From assembly GCF_006345805.1 (NCBI RefSeq), contig NC_043011.1:7564001-7628000 (forward strand): a stretch of 64,000 nucleotides of DNA, given 5' to 3'. A program made the translations under genes and the position numbers. Below the pieces are notes generated by a model, which ran no database searches, was not told the origin of the DNA, and worked only from the letters and a program-made list of their open reading frames with translations. Positions within the stretch are counted from its first letter, which is position 1; every line of letters begins with the position of its first letter. Below, in pieces: positions 38,460 to 52,242 of this stretch. This stretch comes from Octopus sinensis (Eukaryota).

Positions 38460-38460
<1 letters not shown>
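38290..38460 (+). repeat. Short element related to 62495-62650
   Basis: Shares ccga(a/c)gagatg..catc(t/c)gaaa and agataaatt(t)cctctatttacataatat(t/c)gaggtctc. Confidence 0.6.
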
Positions 38461-38534
<74 letters not shown>

Positions 38535-38535
38535 T

Positions 38536-38849
38536 GAGACCCCCTTCGGTCACGACACAGACCATGGGATTGCACTAGAAAGTTACCCTTCCAGGCACAA
38601 GTCCGGGCATGGTTGTTTATGAAAGACAGCAGTCACCCATGGATATCGGCCTCTCCTCCTCATGCCACCAGTGTTATCCAAGGTAAAGGCAAAGGGGCCG
38701 ATACAGCTTGGCACCTGTGACGTCGCAACTCATTTCTATAGCTGAAGGAATTGGGGCAAGAACACAACACGCAGCCCGGTCCGGGATTCGAGCTCACAAC
38801 CTCACGATCGTAAGCCCGACGCTCTAACCACTGAGCCATGCACCTTCAC
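38536..38849 (-). mobile_element. SINE family D, full length
   Basis: Reverse complement of 54229-54545. Confidence 0.85.
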
Positions 38850-38899
38850 ACACACACCACACACACACACACACACACATACATACATACATATATTCT

Positions 38900-39490
38900 T
38901 TCTTTTTTTCTTTCATTTGTTTCAGTCATTTGATGCTGGACGACGGGCTTCTTTCAGTTTCCGCCCACCGAATCCACTGTAAAGGTTTTGGTCAACCCGA
39001 CTCTATAGTAGAAGACACTTGCCCAAGGTGCCACGCAGTGGGACTGAACCCGGAACCATGTAGTTGGTAAACAAGCTACTTACCACACAGCTACTACTGC
39101 GCCTATATACATATATTTATATTATATATATTCTTTTACTGGTTTCAGACATTCGACTGTGACCATGCTGGAGCACCGCCTTTTAGTCGAAGAAATCGTC
39201 CCCTGGACTTGTTCTTTGTAAGCCTGATACTTATTCAATCGGTGTCTTTTACCGAACCGCTAAGTTACGGGGACGTAAACACCCCAACATCTGTTATCAA
39301 GCGACGGTGGAAACAAATACAAACTCATAGACACACACATATATATATATATGACGGGCTTCTTTCAGTTAACGTCTACCAAATCTACCCACAGGGCCTT
39401 AGTCTTGGGCACCTTGGGCAAGTAGGGGATACTTGCCCAAGGTCCCACGCAGTGGGACTGAACCTGAAACCATATGGTTGGGAAGCAAGC
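38900..39490 (-). mobile_element. Two adjacent SINE family A copies
   Basis: Heads at about 38940-39105 and 39355-39490, tail at 39130-39320. Confidence 0.8.
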
Positions 39491-39823
39491 TATATATATT
39501 GTATGTTATAGACAGGCATTTTCCTTAGTTTTTCTGTTCTCCCGTTTGTTACCGGTTTCATATATTGTCCAAGATCTTAATTGTACAGAAGAACAACAAG
39601 GTCTGCTATCACAAGAAGCATGCTCCATATCTTAGACTGTATCCGTACTTTATTATGGCAGTACTTTAATACTGAAGTACTGGACTTTGATAATGAAGTA
39701 CTGAAGTACAGTATGGATTGGTGTCTCTGCAACCATTCCATTTTTGCCCCGCAACCCGCAGCAGTTTTATTTCTAAACAACCCGTTATGTTTGATTGTGA
39801 TTGTCCATCGATTATTCAATATT

Positions 39824-39871
<48 letters not shown>

Positions 39872-40542
39872 AGGGTGGTAGTAGAGGTGGTGTTGTTGGT
39901 GCTGATGCTAACGATGGTGGTTGTGGTGGTGGTGGAAGTGGTGATGATAAAGGTGATGGTGATGGTGACGGCGATGATAATGATAACGACGGTAGGGTGG
40001 ACCTCGTTATTCAAATGACAGAGATGCAGACGACAGTGAGAGTTGCTATGATGATGGTGTTTGCGATGATGATTATGATGACGTCGACAATGGCGGTCAT
40101 GATTGTGTTCATGATGACGATGATGATGCTGATAAACGATGGCGATGATGATGGTGATTATAATGTTAATTAAGATGATGGTGATCGTGGATATGAGGAT
40201 GATGATAATGGTAAGAATGGTGGTGGTGGTGGTGATGATGATGATGGAGATCATAGTGATGATGATGATGATGATGAGGGTTTTATGATGAAGATTTTTG
40301 GCAACGGATTGTTATATGTAGCTTTGTTGATAAATGGCGGAAAAGATGGAGGGGCTGATAAGAGTGGGGGTAATCAACCGGTATCAATAAATTACTTTCT
40401 AAATAGGTATTAATCATAAAGTTTAATTGCTTACAAGAACCATAAAAATAAGGAACAATCAAAATCTTACACAACTTTTATTTCTTATTTTCATTGCAAC
40501 AACTTTATAATAATAATAATAATATTGATAATAATAATAATA

Positions 40543-40596
<54 letters not shown>

Positions 40597-40634
40597 TAAT
40601 AATGATAATGATGATAATAATAATAATAATAATA

Positions 40635-40669
<35 letters not shown>

Positions 40670-40682
40670 TAATATAATAATA

Positions 40683-40714
<32 letters not shown>

Positions 40715-40802
40715 TAATAATAATAATAATAACATTATTGATATTATTACAATCATCCTCATTCTCCTTTTTTATCATTCTTCAAATTTGTTGTTGTTGT
40801 TG

Positions 40803-40858
<56 letters not shown>

Positions 40859-41143
40859 GTTTTTATTATTATTATTCTTTTGCCAGCGAAAGACGTTTTA
40901 CCCGAATAAAGAAGAAATGCTTTGAATGCAGGTAAAACTATAAAAGTTAGATTTGTTTGTTTGTGAAACGAAACTATTCCAGCCTGAGACATTTTGGATA
41001 CCGTCATTAAAATGTTATAGTCCATTGTTTATAGTTAATAAAAGACTTAATATGGGGACACACAGACAGACACAAACATACAGATGTTCATTATATTCAT
41101 ATATAGATAGATAGATAGATACATAATACATATATACATATAA

Positions 41144-41174
<31 letters not shown>

Positions 41175-41192
41175 TATGTATATATAGATATG

Positions 41193-41243
<51 letters not shown>

Positions 41244-41251
41244 TATATATT

Positions 41252-41284
<33 letters not shown>

Positions 41285-41329
41285 AGACAGACAGAAGCAT
41301 ATGCCTGTGAGAAGATATAAATGTCAATC

Positions 41330-41725
<396 letters not shown>

Positions 41726-42417
41726 TATCTAACCAAGCATATGTCAATATGCACATAAGCTCATTAAATTATACACACACATACATATATTTACACATAC
41801 GTACATGTATACATATATACATACATGCATGCATGAATACATATATATATACATGCATGTATATATGTACATACACGCATACATACGCGTACACACTACA
41901 TTTTACACGCACACCAACAGGAAAACACACATGCACATCCATCAGTACGTACATTCACGTACAGGAATATATTCACGCGTATATATTAAACGACACTAAC
42001 TTGAATAAGTGTGTGTGTGTGTGTGTCACACATATGCATATAGTATGTTTGTACGCACACATACACATACGTATGCATTACCATAAATATAAACAACCTT
42101 CGACAACAAAACAAACGAATTCATTTAAAATTTATTTCTAATTCATGAAAAAAAAAAAAATGGAAAAACGAAAAAAGGAACAACTTTTTCCTTTCTCGGA
42201 AAAACAAGATTAAAACGAAGCTTTTGAAAGCAGAACAATTCTTGTAGACAAACTAGGTCACACCATCTGCTAATATTGAGTATTTTTGGCTGAGGATTTA
42301 AAGACACAGAAACAAAAAAAAAAATTAAACAACAACAACAACAAAGAACAAAAGTAATCATTGTTCGTTTCCGTTTTAGTGATATTTAAAATTCGTGGCC
42401 AAAAGGTTATTACAACT

Positions 42418-42474
<57 letters not shown>

Positions 42475-42609
42475 TATTGTTGTTGTTGTTGTTGTTGTTG
42501 TTTTGTTATTTTTTTTACCTTCACTTTTGAAGTATTCTCATCATATTCTAATCAATCATAAGGTAGAGCTTATTATATATATATGCATATATATATATTA
42601 TATATATAT

Positions 42610-42653
<44 letters not shown>

Positions 42654-42723
42654 ATAACAAATAATATTTATATATATATATATACATATATGAACATATA
42701 CACACACACACCCACACACACAA

Positions 42724-42782
<59 letters not shown>

Positions 42783-42784
42783 AC

Positions 42785-42819
<35 letters not shown>

Positions 42820-42820
<1 letters not shown>

Positions 42821-43012
42821 GTTAATCCAAACAAGAAAACACAAAAAAAAAACACAACAACGCGAGGACATGGAACAAATAAAGTATTATTGGACGCTCA
42901 GGAAAGAAGGGAAGAAGGAGGGTTTAATGTTTTCAAGCGGAGCTCTTCGTCGGAAACATAGGAGAAGGAAAGATCCCGAGAAGGGAAGACAGAGGAAAAA
43001 ATCGCCAGCATA
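42820..43012 (-). mobile_element. (TA)n-embedded short element with hammerhead-like motif (42922-42957, degenerate)
   Basis: Reverse complement of 62718-62910. Confidence 0.8.
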
Positions 43013-43564
43013 TATTTATATATATTAATATATAATATATATATATAATATATATTATATATATATATATAAATATATAATAACAAATGATATATATAGA
43101 TATATTCCAAATTAACTTCATGCATTAACAATATTGGGTCTGCAACAAGCGGGGTTGGGGTGGGGGTGGGGGTGGTGTTGGTAGTGGGGACCGGGTTAAT
43201 GGGCGCTGGGGTGCCAGGGTTGGGGGTGAAATGGATTGATTGACAGAATGACCAGAGCAGGACATTCAAAATGGTGGATATTCTTTCAGTGTTTAGTAAG
43301 TCCCTTTATTTATTTATTTATTTTTTCTAGGAGTTCAGATTCTGTCATGTTCGATTTTGCGTTCGAATCTCTCCGAGGACAATAAGAATTTAGGAAAAGA
43401 AAAGAAAAGAAAAGAAACCTCAATGTCTGTAGAAGGGTAACAGCACAAGAAATGCTGAAGCAAAACGTAAATAAATACAAAAGAAAGAACATAACGAACC
43501 GACAGGGATTCAGTTCTGTATTTAAGAGATGAGGAATTTTGTACGTTATTTACATTATGCTCAC

Positions 43565-43640
43565 GGGCATATGGCGTAGTGGTTAAGAGCGCGGGCTACT
43601 AACGCCAAGATTGCGAGTTCGACTCCAGGCAGTGACTTGA
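43565..43640 (+). mobile_element. SINE family E tRNA-like head
   Basis: A-box tggcgtagtgg, anticodon-like loop ctactaa and B-box gagttcgactcc, followed by (AAT)n. Confidence 0.8.
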
Positions 43641-43663
43641 ATAATAATAATAATAATAATAAT

Positions 43664-45890
43664 ATAGTTTTTTAACAGACAGCAGCATATTCCCTAATGA
43701 ACAGAAAGGATGTAAACGTGGATCCTACGGCTGTAAAGACCAACTACTCATCAATAAGATGATCTTAGAAGATTGTCACAACACGACACACAAACTTATC
43801 AATAGCCTGGATAGACTATAAAAAGGCTTTTGATAGCCTACCACATAGCTGGATTAGGAAATACCTTGAAATGTATAAGATAGCACCAACTCTGCGAAAC
43901 TCTTGACTGTAAGTATGAGATCATGGAGAACCACACTAACTCTGAACAGTGACAGTGAATCCTAAATGCTGGTGATGTAAAAATTTCGTGTGGCATTTTC
44001 CAGGGTGACTCACTGTCACCACTCCTCTTTTGTTTATCCTTAATACTCTCTCAAAGCTGCTCAATGACGCGCAGTACGGGTATAAAATGTTTGATAAAAA
44101 TATAAATCATCTCGTTTACATGGATGATTTAAAGCTTTTTGCAAAAAATGATCAACAACTCAAGGGCTTACTAGCGATAGTCAAACAATTCAGTGACGAC
44201 ATCAGAATGCAATTCGGCCTCGATAAATGTGCAAAGGCTACCTTTATCAAAGGAAAAATGACAGAAACATCTAACGTTAACCTTGACCAACAGAATGTCA
44301 TAAAAGAACTAGACCCAGCGGAGAGCTACAAGTACCTAGGGTAATGAATGAAGGGAACGGAATAAGGCATTCAGAGATGAAGGAAAGGATCAGGAGAAAA
44401 TGCTATCGAAGAGTGAGAGCAATACTCAAGACAGAGCTGAATGCAAGAAACAGGATCGAAGCAATCAATGCATTAGCTATACCAGTCGTGACTTACAGTT
44501 TCAATATTGTTAACTGGTCAATTACTGAAATATGTCAGCTCGACAGAAAAATAAGGAAACTGTTGACAATGCATAGAATGCACCACCCTAAGGCAGATAC
44601 AGAACGACTCTATCTGCCAAGAAAAGAGGGAGGCCGTGGTCTTTTGCAACTGGCAATAACAATGAAGATTGCTACAATTGGCCTAGACACCTACCTGAAA
44701 AACTCTGAGGATTGGATGTTAAAAATTGTCTCAAAACATGAAAACAAGAAAGCATCATACTCAGTCACAAAACAGGCAAAGGAATATCTAAGTGAATTCC
44801 GAATACAACCAATTTCGGAATTAGAGATAGACATACAAGAAACAAGCACAGAAAAAGCTAGGCGCATGAAAACCCGTGCCAAAACTGCGGCCTTAGATAT
44901 TCTGAATAATAAATGGCAAGAAAAACCTCTCTATGGCAAATACCCAAGAGAGCGAATAATGCAGATATCGACAAAGCCCTGACCCATCAATGGCTAATGG
45001 CCTCTGGCTTAAAATCTGAAACAGAGGGGTTATCATAGCAGCTCAAGATCAATGCCTACCAACAAGAAACTACCAGGCCAACATATTAAAGATCAGAAGC
45101 AGTCCACGTGTCGTGTATGCAAGCAACAAAATGAAACCATTGACCATGTGGTCTCCAAGTGCAGTCTTCTAGCGCCTACAGAGTATCTCAACAGGCACGA
45201 TAGAGCTGCACAATATATTCACTGGGTAATCTGTAAAAACCTGGATTTGCCCCATGAAAAAAACTGGTGGGAACACAAACCACCCCAGTGCTTGAAAATG
45301 ACCACATCTCACTCCTCTGGAACTTCACCATTCAAACTGACAGGAAGATAGATGCAAATAGGCCAGACATCATATTGAAAGACTTCAAACAAAGAACATG
45401 CCTCCTCATTGATATGACTGTCCCAATCGATATAAACGTATCTGTCAGGACCTACCAAAAACTGAGCAAATATAAAGATCTTGAAATAGAAATCAGCAAA
45501 ATGTGGAAGCTGAAGACTAAAACAATACCTGTTGCCATAGGTGCCCTGGGAATGATAGCAAAAGGGGCTGATAGCTACCTAACTCAAATACCAGGAAACC
45601 CAAAAATGGCAGAAGTTCAAAAGATAGTGCTCATGGGAACTGCTCATATCCTACGCAAAAATACTCTCTATGTAACCTCAAGGTTTAAACAACCATAATT
45701 TTCGGTTAAAAAAAAAAAAAAAAAAAAACTTTTTTTTTTAGACATTCATTAGTACAAACATCCCCACCCCCCAAATATATGGCACACTAGGCATAACAAC
45801 AACATGAACTTCCAACCCTGTTGTCTCTTGAGGTCTCTGGGTGAGACTTGGAGCCAACTTGTACAAATTAAAGCAAAAGTCAAACATAGA
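43664..45890 (+). mobile_element. 5'-truncated R4/Dong-like non-LTR retrotransposon (RT, CCHC and restriction-like endonuclease), frameshifted
   Basis: Motifs QKGC, KAFDS, QGDSLSP, YMDD, YKYLG, RLYLPRKEGGRGL, CRVC-x8-H-x4-C and RPDI..LIDMTVP..K. (AAT)n flanks both sides. Confidence 0.92.
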
Positions 45891-45922
45891 ATAATAATAA
45901 TAATAATAATGATAAAATAATG

Positions 45923-45994
<72 letters not shown>

Positions 45995-46243
45995 AACTTG
46001 CACAAAGTAGTATGTAGCGGTTTTTAAATCAAAGCGGACATCTCCTGTCAAGAGTCCCAGATGAACCTACCTCACGGCAAGAGGTGCAAATGAGAGTAGC
46101 TATATCAAACTCCATTCTTCACCAGTGCCACATATTAGACGAGGTTCTTCGTAATAATAGTGTAGCACAAAACGGCGGTGCAACAGCATGGCCGCAGCTC
46201 TGAGCTGAAACTAGAAAAAAAAAATTATTATTATTATTATTAT

Positions 46244-46476
46244 TTAGGGACCTTTTGAGCGGGATGGGCTACTCGACCAGAAGAAAATTCTAACTGGGCC
46301 CCACTGGCAAGGTCATGTGCTGTTTATCTTGATATGAGGTCACCATGTCGCGCACATATGGTTGTGATGCATGTGTCTAGTGCACCCTTATCAGACGGGT
46401 AGTCATGATGGGGATACTGAGCTTCGTATATTTTACCCCAGTGTCACTTTGATGACATGCACTGCTCTCTCACTCA
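46244..46476 (+). mobile_element. Retro-element family F 3' part with (AAT)n tail
   Basis: Matches 7728-7960 in the opposite orientation. Confidence 0.7.
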
Positions 46477-46511
46477 ATAATAATAATATAATAATAATAA
46501 TAATAATAATA

Positions 46512-46596
<85 letters not shown>

Positions 46597-46621
46597 TAAT
46601 AATAATAATAATAACAACAAC

Positions 46622-46777
46622 AACATCAAAAAATACCTTAGGAATGAGAACCAAAGTTTGAAATTTCCCCAAGACACCTGAAGAAGGCTGGAGGGTATAC
46701 CAGCCGAAGCCTTGTGTTGACAACAAATAAGATGAGGACAAATATCCGTCAAATGTAAATAATGTAAATAATGTACT
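46622..46777 (+). mobile_element. SINE family E tail with hammerhead-like motif (46673-46718)
   Basis: Matches 5900-6052. GACAC-CTGAAGA-A-GGCTG..CAGCC-GAAG-CC-TT-GTGTT. Confidence 0.8.
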
Positions 46778-47234
46778 ACAGGGATTCGTTTTGATCCTTT
46801 ATATATTGTGTTTAAATCCTGGCGTAGTCGTTTTTGCACCTTATTCCTCCGAGGTTTACAAAAGAGAATACCAGTCAAACACTCGGGTTTATTTACAATG
46901 TTTTTATAAGTCCTCCCACAAAATATGTAGCATTATACATGCATCAAAAGCCCTTATTCTTTCCAGTTAATTATGGAACCTCTGTGTGTTAGCGCGGCGT
47001 GCTAGAAATAAGAGTCAAATCTCCCGCATATGACATCTCTTCGTCTAACAAAAGTCAAATTGGATAACGTCAGCTACAGGTTTCCAGAATATAGAAAAAT
47101 AGGTATGGTCCCTGCTGGACTAATTTTGACCATAGATCTGATGGATCAGAGTAAAGGACAGCGACAACCACCTCCCCCAGGCGGCCCTTGTGGCAAAAAT
47201 TTGAATTATTATAATAATAATAATAATAATAATA

Positions 47235-47290
<56 letters not shown>

Positions 47291-47292
47291 TA

Positions 47293-47515
47293 AGGCGGCG
47301 AGCTGGCAGAATCGTTAGCACGACGGGCGAAAATCTTAGCCATATTTCGTCTGCCGCTAAGTTCCGAGCTCAAATTCCGCCGAGGTCGACTTTGCCTTTC
47401 ATCCTTTCGGGGTCGATAAATTAAGTACCAGTGAAACACTGGGGGGGGGGGGGTCGATGTAATTGACTTATCCCCTCCCCCTAAATGGCTGCCCTTGAGG
47501 AAAAATTTGAAACCA
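47293..47515 (+). mobile_element. SINE family B
   Basis: Complete head and body, following (ATT)n. Confidence 0.9.
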
Positions 47516-47529
47516 TTAATAATAATAAT

Positions 47530-48000
47530 ATTATTATTATTTTATGTTTCACTTTTGCTTTACATTTGTACAAGTTGGCTCCAAGACTCACATAGAGACC
47601 TCAAGAGACAGCAAATTATAAGTTCATGTTGGTGTTATGCCTATGGTGCCATATATTTGGTTTTGTACTTAGTGTTGTACTAGTGAATATCTAAAAAACA
47701 ATAAGAAAATTGTTTGTTTTGAAACTTGAAATTACAAAGAAAGTATATTGCGTAGGATATGAGCAGTTCCCATGAGTACTATCTTTTGAATTTATGCCAT
47801 TTTGGGGTTTCCTGGTATCTGAGCTAAGTAGCAATCAGCCCCTTTTGCTATCATTCCCAGGCACCTATGACAACAGGCATTGTTTTAGTCTTCAGGTTCC
47901 ACATTTTGCTAATTTCTATTTCAAGATCTTTATATTTGCTCAGTTTTTGGTAGGTCTTGACAGATACGTTTATATCGATTGGGACAGTCATATCAATGAA
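47530..48000 (-). mobile_element. R4/Dong-like 3' fragment (endonuclease C-terminus plus 3' UTR)
   Basis: Reverse-complement match to 45405-45890, flanked by (ATT)n/(AAT)n. Confidence 0.88.
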
Positions 48001-48006
48001 TATTAC

Positions 48007-48058
<52 letters not shown>

Positions 48059-48121
48059 TTATTATTATTATTATATTATTATTATTATCATCATTATAGA
48101 ATGTCCTCAAGCGTTGACAGT

Positions 48122-48965
48122 TCTCTGTCAGTCGGGCAATACAGTAGGTGGAAGTACCATTTTGGCGGTCTATAAAGGATCAGTGATGAACAAATGCGAC
48201 GATGTTCTCAGGAAGTCTCAGGGCGTATGCAGGAATCAACTGGCTGGTCTATCCCGGAGAACTTTCGGACCGGGGACCATGGATAATTTCCAGAAATCCT
48301 TGGCTTGGTAGTACTAGCGGTTTGGAATTACCGGTTCGGGCAAAACTCTACAGACATGGAACTGTCATCGGGCTTGACCGAGACGCGGACAGAGCGACGA
48401 AACTGTCCTGCACGATGTCATCCACTTCCCCCCAGGTATTGCTGAATTGTGGGTTTATGTTGAACACTGCTGTCATGTGTAGGACAAACCCACAATTCAG
48501 CAATACCTGGGGGGAAGTGGATGGCATCGTGCAGGACAGTTTCGTCGCTCTGTCCGCGTCTCGGTCAAGTCCGATGACAGTTCCATGTCTGTAGAGTTTT
48601 GCCCGAACCGGTAATTCCAAACCGCTAGTACTACCAAGCCAAGGATTTCTGGAAATTATCCATGGTCCCCGGCCCGAAAGTCCTCCGGGATAGACCAGCC
48701 AGCTGAGACCATTGTAAAGATCGTCTTGCCTCCTTCCTTTGGCCTGGAAGGACATGTAGTGTTTATTTGTCTGGTAACTTTAGCGAAAACGATTGTGTGG
48801 TGGACTAGATCGAAAAGACTGAAGACACACTTTCCACTTTGGCCAATCTCACATCAACTTATGCAAATTTCACTTGAAAAGAGAGAATAAAGAAGGAACG
48901 CTTCCTGCCAGCAATTTTGCTGGAAGATGGGTGAATGTAGCAAGAATGCTACATGTAGGTGAATG
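48122..48965 (+). mobile_element. Older Tx1-like LINE fragment containing a 221-bp inverted duplication
   Basis: Homologous to 35890-36540. Arms are at 48236-48456 and 48486-48706. Confidence 0.8.
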
Positions 48966-48986
48966 TAGCAACAATGGCCGGAGTCA

Positions 48987-49500
48987 AGGCGGCGAGCTGG
49001 TAGAATCGTTAGCACGCCGGGGAAAATGCATAGTGTCCTTTCGTCCGTCTTTATGTTCTGAGTTCTAATCCCGCGAAGGTCAACTCTGCCTTTCATCTTT
49101 TCGGGGTAGACGAAATAAAAACCAGTGGAATACTGGGGTTAATGTAATCGACTTGTCCCCTCTCCCTAAATTCCAGGCCTTGTGCCTATAGTAGGAAGGA
49201 TTCTTCTTCTTCTTCTTCTTCTTCTTCTTCTTCTTCTTCTTCTTCTTCTTCTTCTTCTTCTTCTTGTAGTAGTAGTAGTAGTAGAAATAAAAGAAATAAA
49301 AAAAGGGGGCCGCGAGCTGGCAGAAACGTTAGCAAGGTATTTAGCGGTATTTCTTCCAGTTTTACGTTCTGAGTTCAAACCCCAGCAAAGGCAACTCTAT
49401 CTTTCCCTGCCAACGACGTCGATAAAACAAGTCGAGCATCGGAAGCAATGTAATCGATTTGTCTCTTCCCCGCTAAAATTGCTGACCATATTGCGAAAAT
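48987..49500 (+). mobile_element. Two SINE family B copies (48987-49200 and 49308-49500) separated by (TTC)n/(TAG)n
   Basis: Each starts with gcgagctgg(t/c)agaa. Confidence 0.8.
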
Positions 49501-49744
49501 TAAAAAGACTTATTTAAGAAAGCAGAAAGTGATTTGGCTGGTATTTCTAGTGGGGCAAGCGACCGCGTACGCGGCCCCACGCAGGCTTAGAGTCCTCGTC
49601 ATGAAGTGTTTGTTGTCACGTTTGATTAATATTATTTAAGACAGGGAAGTTTTGTCTCAGGATTCCGTTTCATCGATTCCATTGAAGTGGTCTGGAGTTT
49701 GTAATATTTACATAGACACTCATGCAAACATATATATATAGAGT

Positions 49745-49806
<62 letters not shown>

Positions 49807-50347
49807 CACACATGACACAGTGAGCAAATGTCATATCCCGGGCCGACCTAAGCCTTGTGAGTCGATTTAGTAGACGGAAAGTGAAAGAAGGCCGCTGTGT
49901 GTACGTACGTACAAAGTTGGCTGTCCATACACAAAATGATGGACTCATGTGAGTATATTTGCTCTTGTGCGAGTTAGTGTAGGGGGCATAACTCAGTTTC
50001 GCCACATGTACACGTGGTTTGTTTCCCTTATATCACTGCAGGGCTTTACGTATGCGACCAAGTCAGTGGAAGCATAAGATATCAGCAACTTAGCAGGAGA
50101 ATGTTCAAGGTTCCAGAGAAATAAAACATTAGATCCCACAGATACATTCATTGGCAGCATGGGGGTCATTTGATGCTACAGAAATATGTGCACTCGTCGG
50201 TCTATGCATACTAGGTGTGTTAAGTGCGAACAGGGTTATACAGAGATAACGGGCTATCAGTCTCTCTTTATATCAAGCATCCCACACTGATAAAAAGATC
50301 TCATTAAATATACATATATATATCCCACACTGATAAGAAGGTCTCAT

Positions 50348-50430
<83 letters not shown>

Positions 50431-51404
50431 GAAATTGCGAGGATAATCTGGTGCTTGACTGAGGAAAATAAACTTCGAATGACCCGTCCTTGTTTTCTTT
50501 GTATCATCTATCTGGATGTGTTGTTCCTTTTTGTATCACCTAGCTGTATCTTATATACATACATATATATATATATAACAAAATAATAAATAAAACATAT
50601 GCATATATACATATATATATGTACGTACCTACATCTATATGTATATATACATGCATATATAGGTACTGGACACCAAAAAAACGTCGAACACAATGAGAAA
50701 CGAAAACATAAAAACAGAACCATGGAAACGGACATATTTTTAAACAACGAAAAAACAGGGTACAAGACATACAACACAAGGAAAATTCCCCTTCTTCAGC
50801 CGCCTCCGTTTCGTCTACTCCGCGTTTCGAAGGTAAAGGCGAGGCACGACTTAGTGAAACGGTCCTTCCCGCAAATAATTTGAAGTTTTTGCGGAGGGGT
50901 AAAAGTGGTAACAAAAACAGGACAGTAAAAATACAAACAAAAATAAAAATAAAAACAGTAAACGACAGGACAAGTAGAATAACCGTATAACGAACGTTAA
51001 AGGCTGTTAAGCCGAACGAAAGAGATATCATTTTGAACGCGTGAGAACAACGGCATAAGAAAGGGATAGGATATATATATATACATATATACAATTTATA
51101 AGTAAGGGCAAAAGAAGAAAATGCCAAAATATGCCGAAAATGGACACTACGTCAATAACCATGTAATATATCACTAAATTTTTTAGAAATTTCTGTCGAC
51201 TTTCTTGGAAATACGTGCTTTTAGTGATATATTACATGGTTATTGACGTAGTGTCCATTTTCGACATATCTTGGCATTATAATTTTTTCTTTTGCCCTTA
51301 CTTATAAATTGTTTATAAATTTAACCTTTAAAGGTATTTTTTAATATGCTGGCCATTGATAGAATTTTTTTTCGAAAAATTCTATCCTATATTAGGTATA
51401 TACA

Positions 51405-51425
51405 TCTATATATATAAAACTCAAC

Positions 51426-51461
<36 letters not shown>

Positions 51462-52242
51462 CTGTGTGTTTAACTTCCCGGCACATCTCCTCCTAGCCAA
51501 CAAATCGTAGAACCACTAAAAATGGGTCACTTAAAGTTTAGGCGAATGAAAATTGAACTGCGCTATTTCTGTTCCGGAATTCATCTCGCAAGTGCAAAAA
51601 TCGATAATGTGTTTGTTTAGGCCTTATCCCATGCATTGAATAGTGAACTTTATTCAGTCAGCTGTTTTGACGTGAACTGTGTTCACCACGACTGCAAGCA
51701 TGCGCAAATTGCATGAAAAAAACAATCAAGATATAAAAACGAATCGCCGTAAACATTGTAGAAATTCGGCAAAGAAATGAATTTTCGGGATGTAGCCTGG
51801 AGGGTTTTTTCGTATTAATCGTTTGGACTTTGTGAACACATAATAATTGTTTTCATAACATTTTTAACGCTTTGCATTAAATATGACCATTTTGCGTTGA
51901 GTCTGCAGTTTGAATCACTTTAACCAAATTTTAGCAGGCCGGATTTTTGATCATCGTGATACATCGCCAGGACTCCCTGAAACTCTTCCCTGAAATCCCC
52001 GTTGAGAAATACTGATCTAAAAGAATAATTCAACAATGCAATTATTTGATCAACAAAAATTTATGAAACGCTTCTATGTACTTCCTATTGAGGAAATGGA
52101 ACACATAAGCGCAAAAATAGAGGACATTAAATGCTTGATTTTAAAGCCAAAATAATTGAATTTTGATTGAACTTCATTCAAGTTTAGCTTAATTCGCGCG
52201 TGCATAGAACGCATGATCGCACGAGCCGGGCAATACTGCTAG
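51405..52242 (+). mobile_element. Non-autonomous Helitron
   Basis: A|TCTATATATATAAAAC 5' end and gccgggcaatactgCTAG|T 3' end, both shared with 20302-20662. Confidence 0.7.

Noticed and set aside
40887-40931. 45-nt plus-strand exon-like segment (ERRFTRIKKKCFEC)
   Set aside because: The acceptor tract is largely an (ATT)n repeat and there is no partner exon.
43565-43640. tRNA genes at SINE heads (also 6266, 37586, 52558, 63424)
   Set aside because: A and B boxes are present but there is no acceptor stem or terminator, and each continues into a multicopy SINE body.
50290-50470. Short tandem duplication and a possible hammerhead using (TA)n as stem II
   Set aside because: The core reads CTGATAA and stem I cannot be formed.
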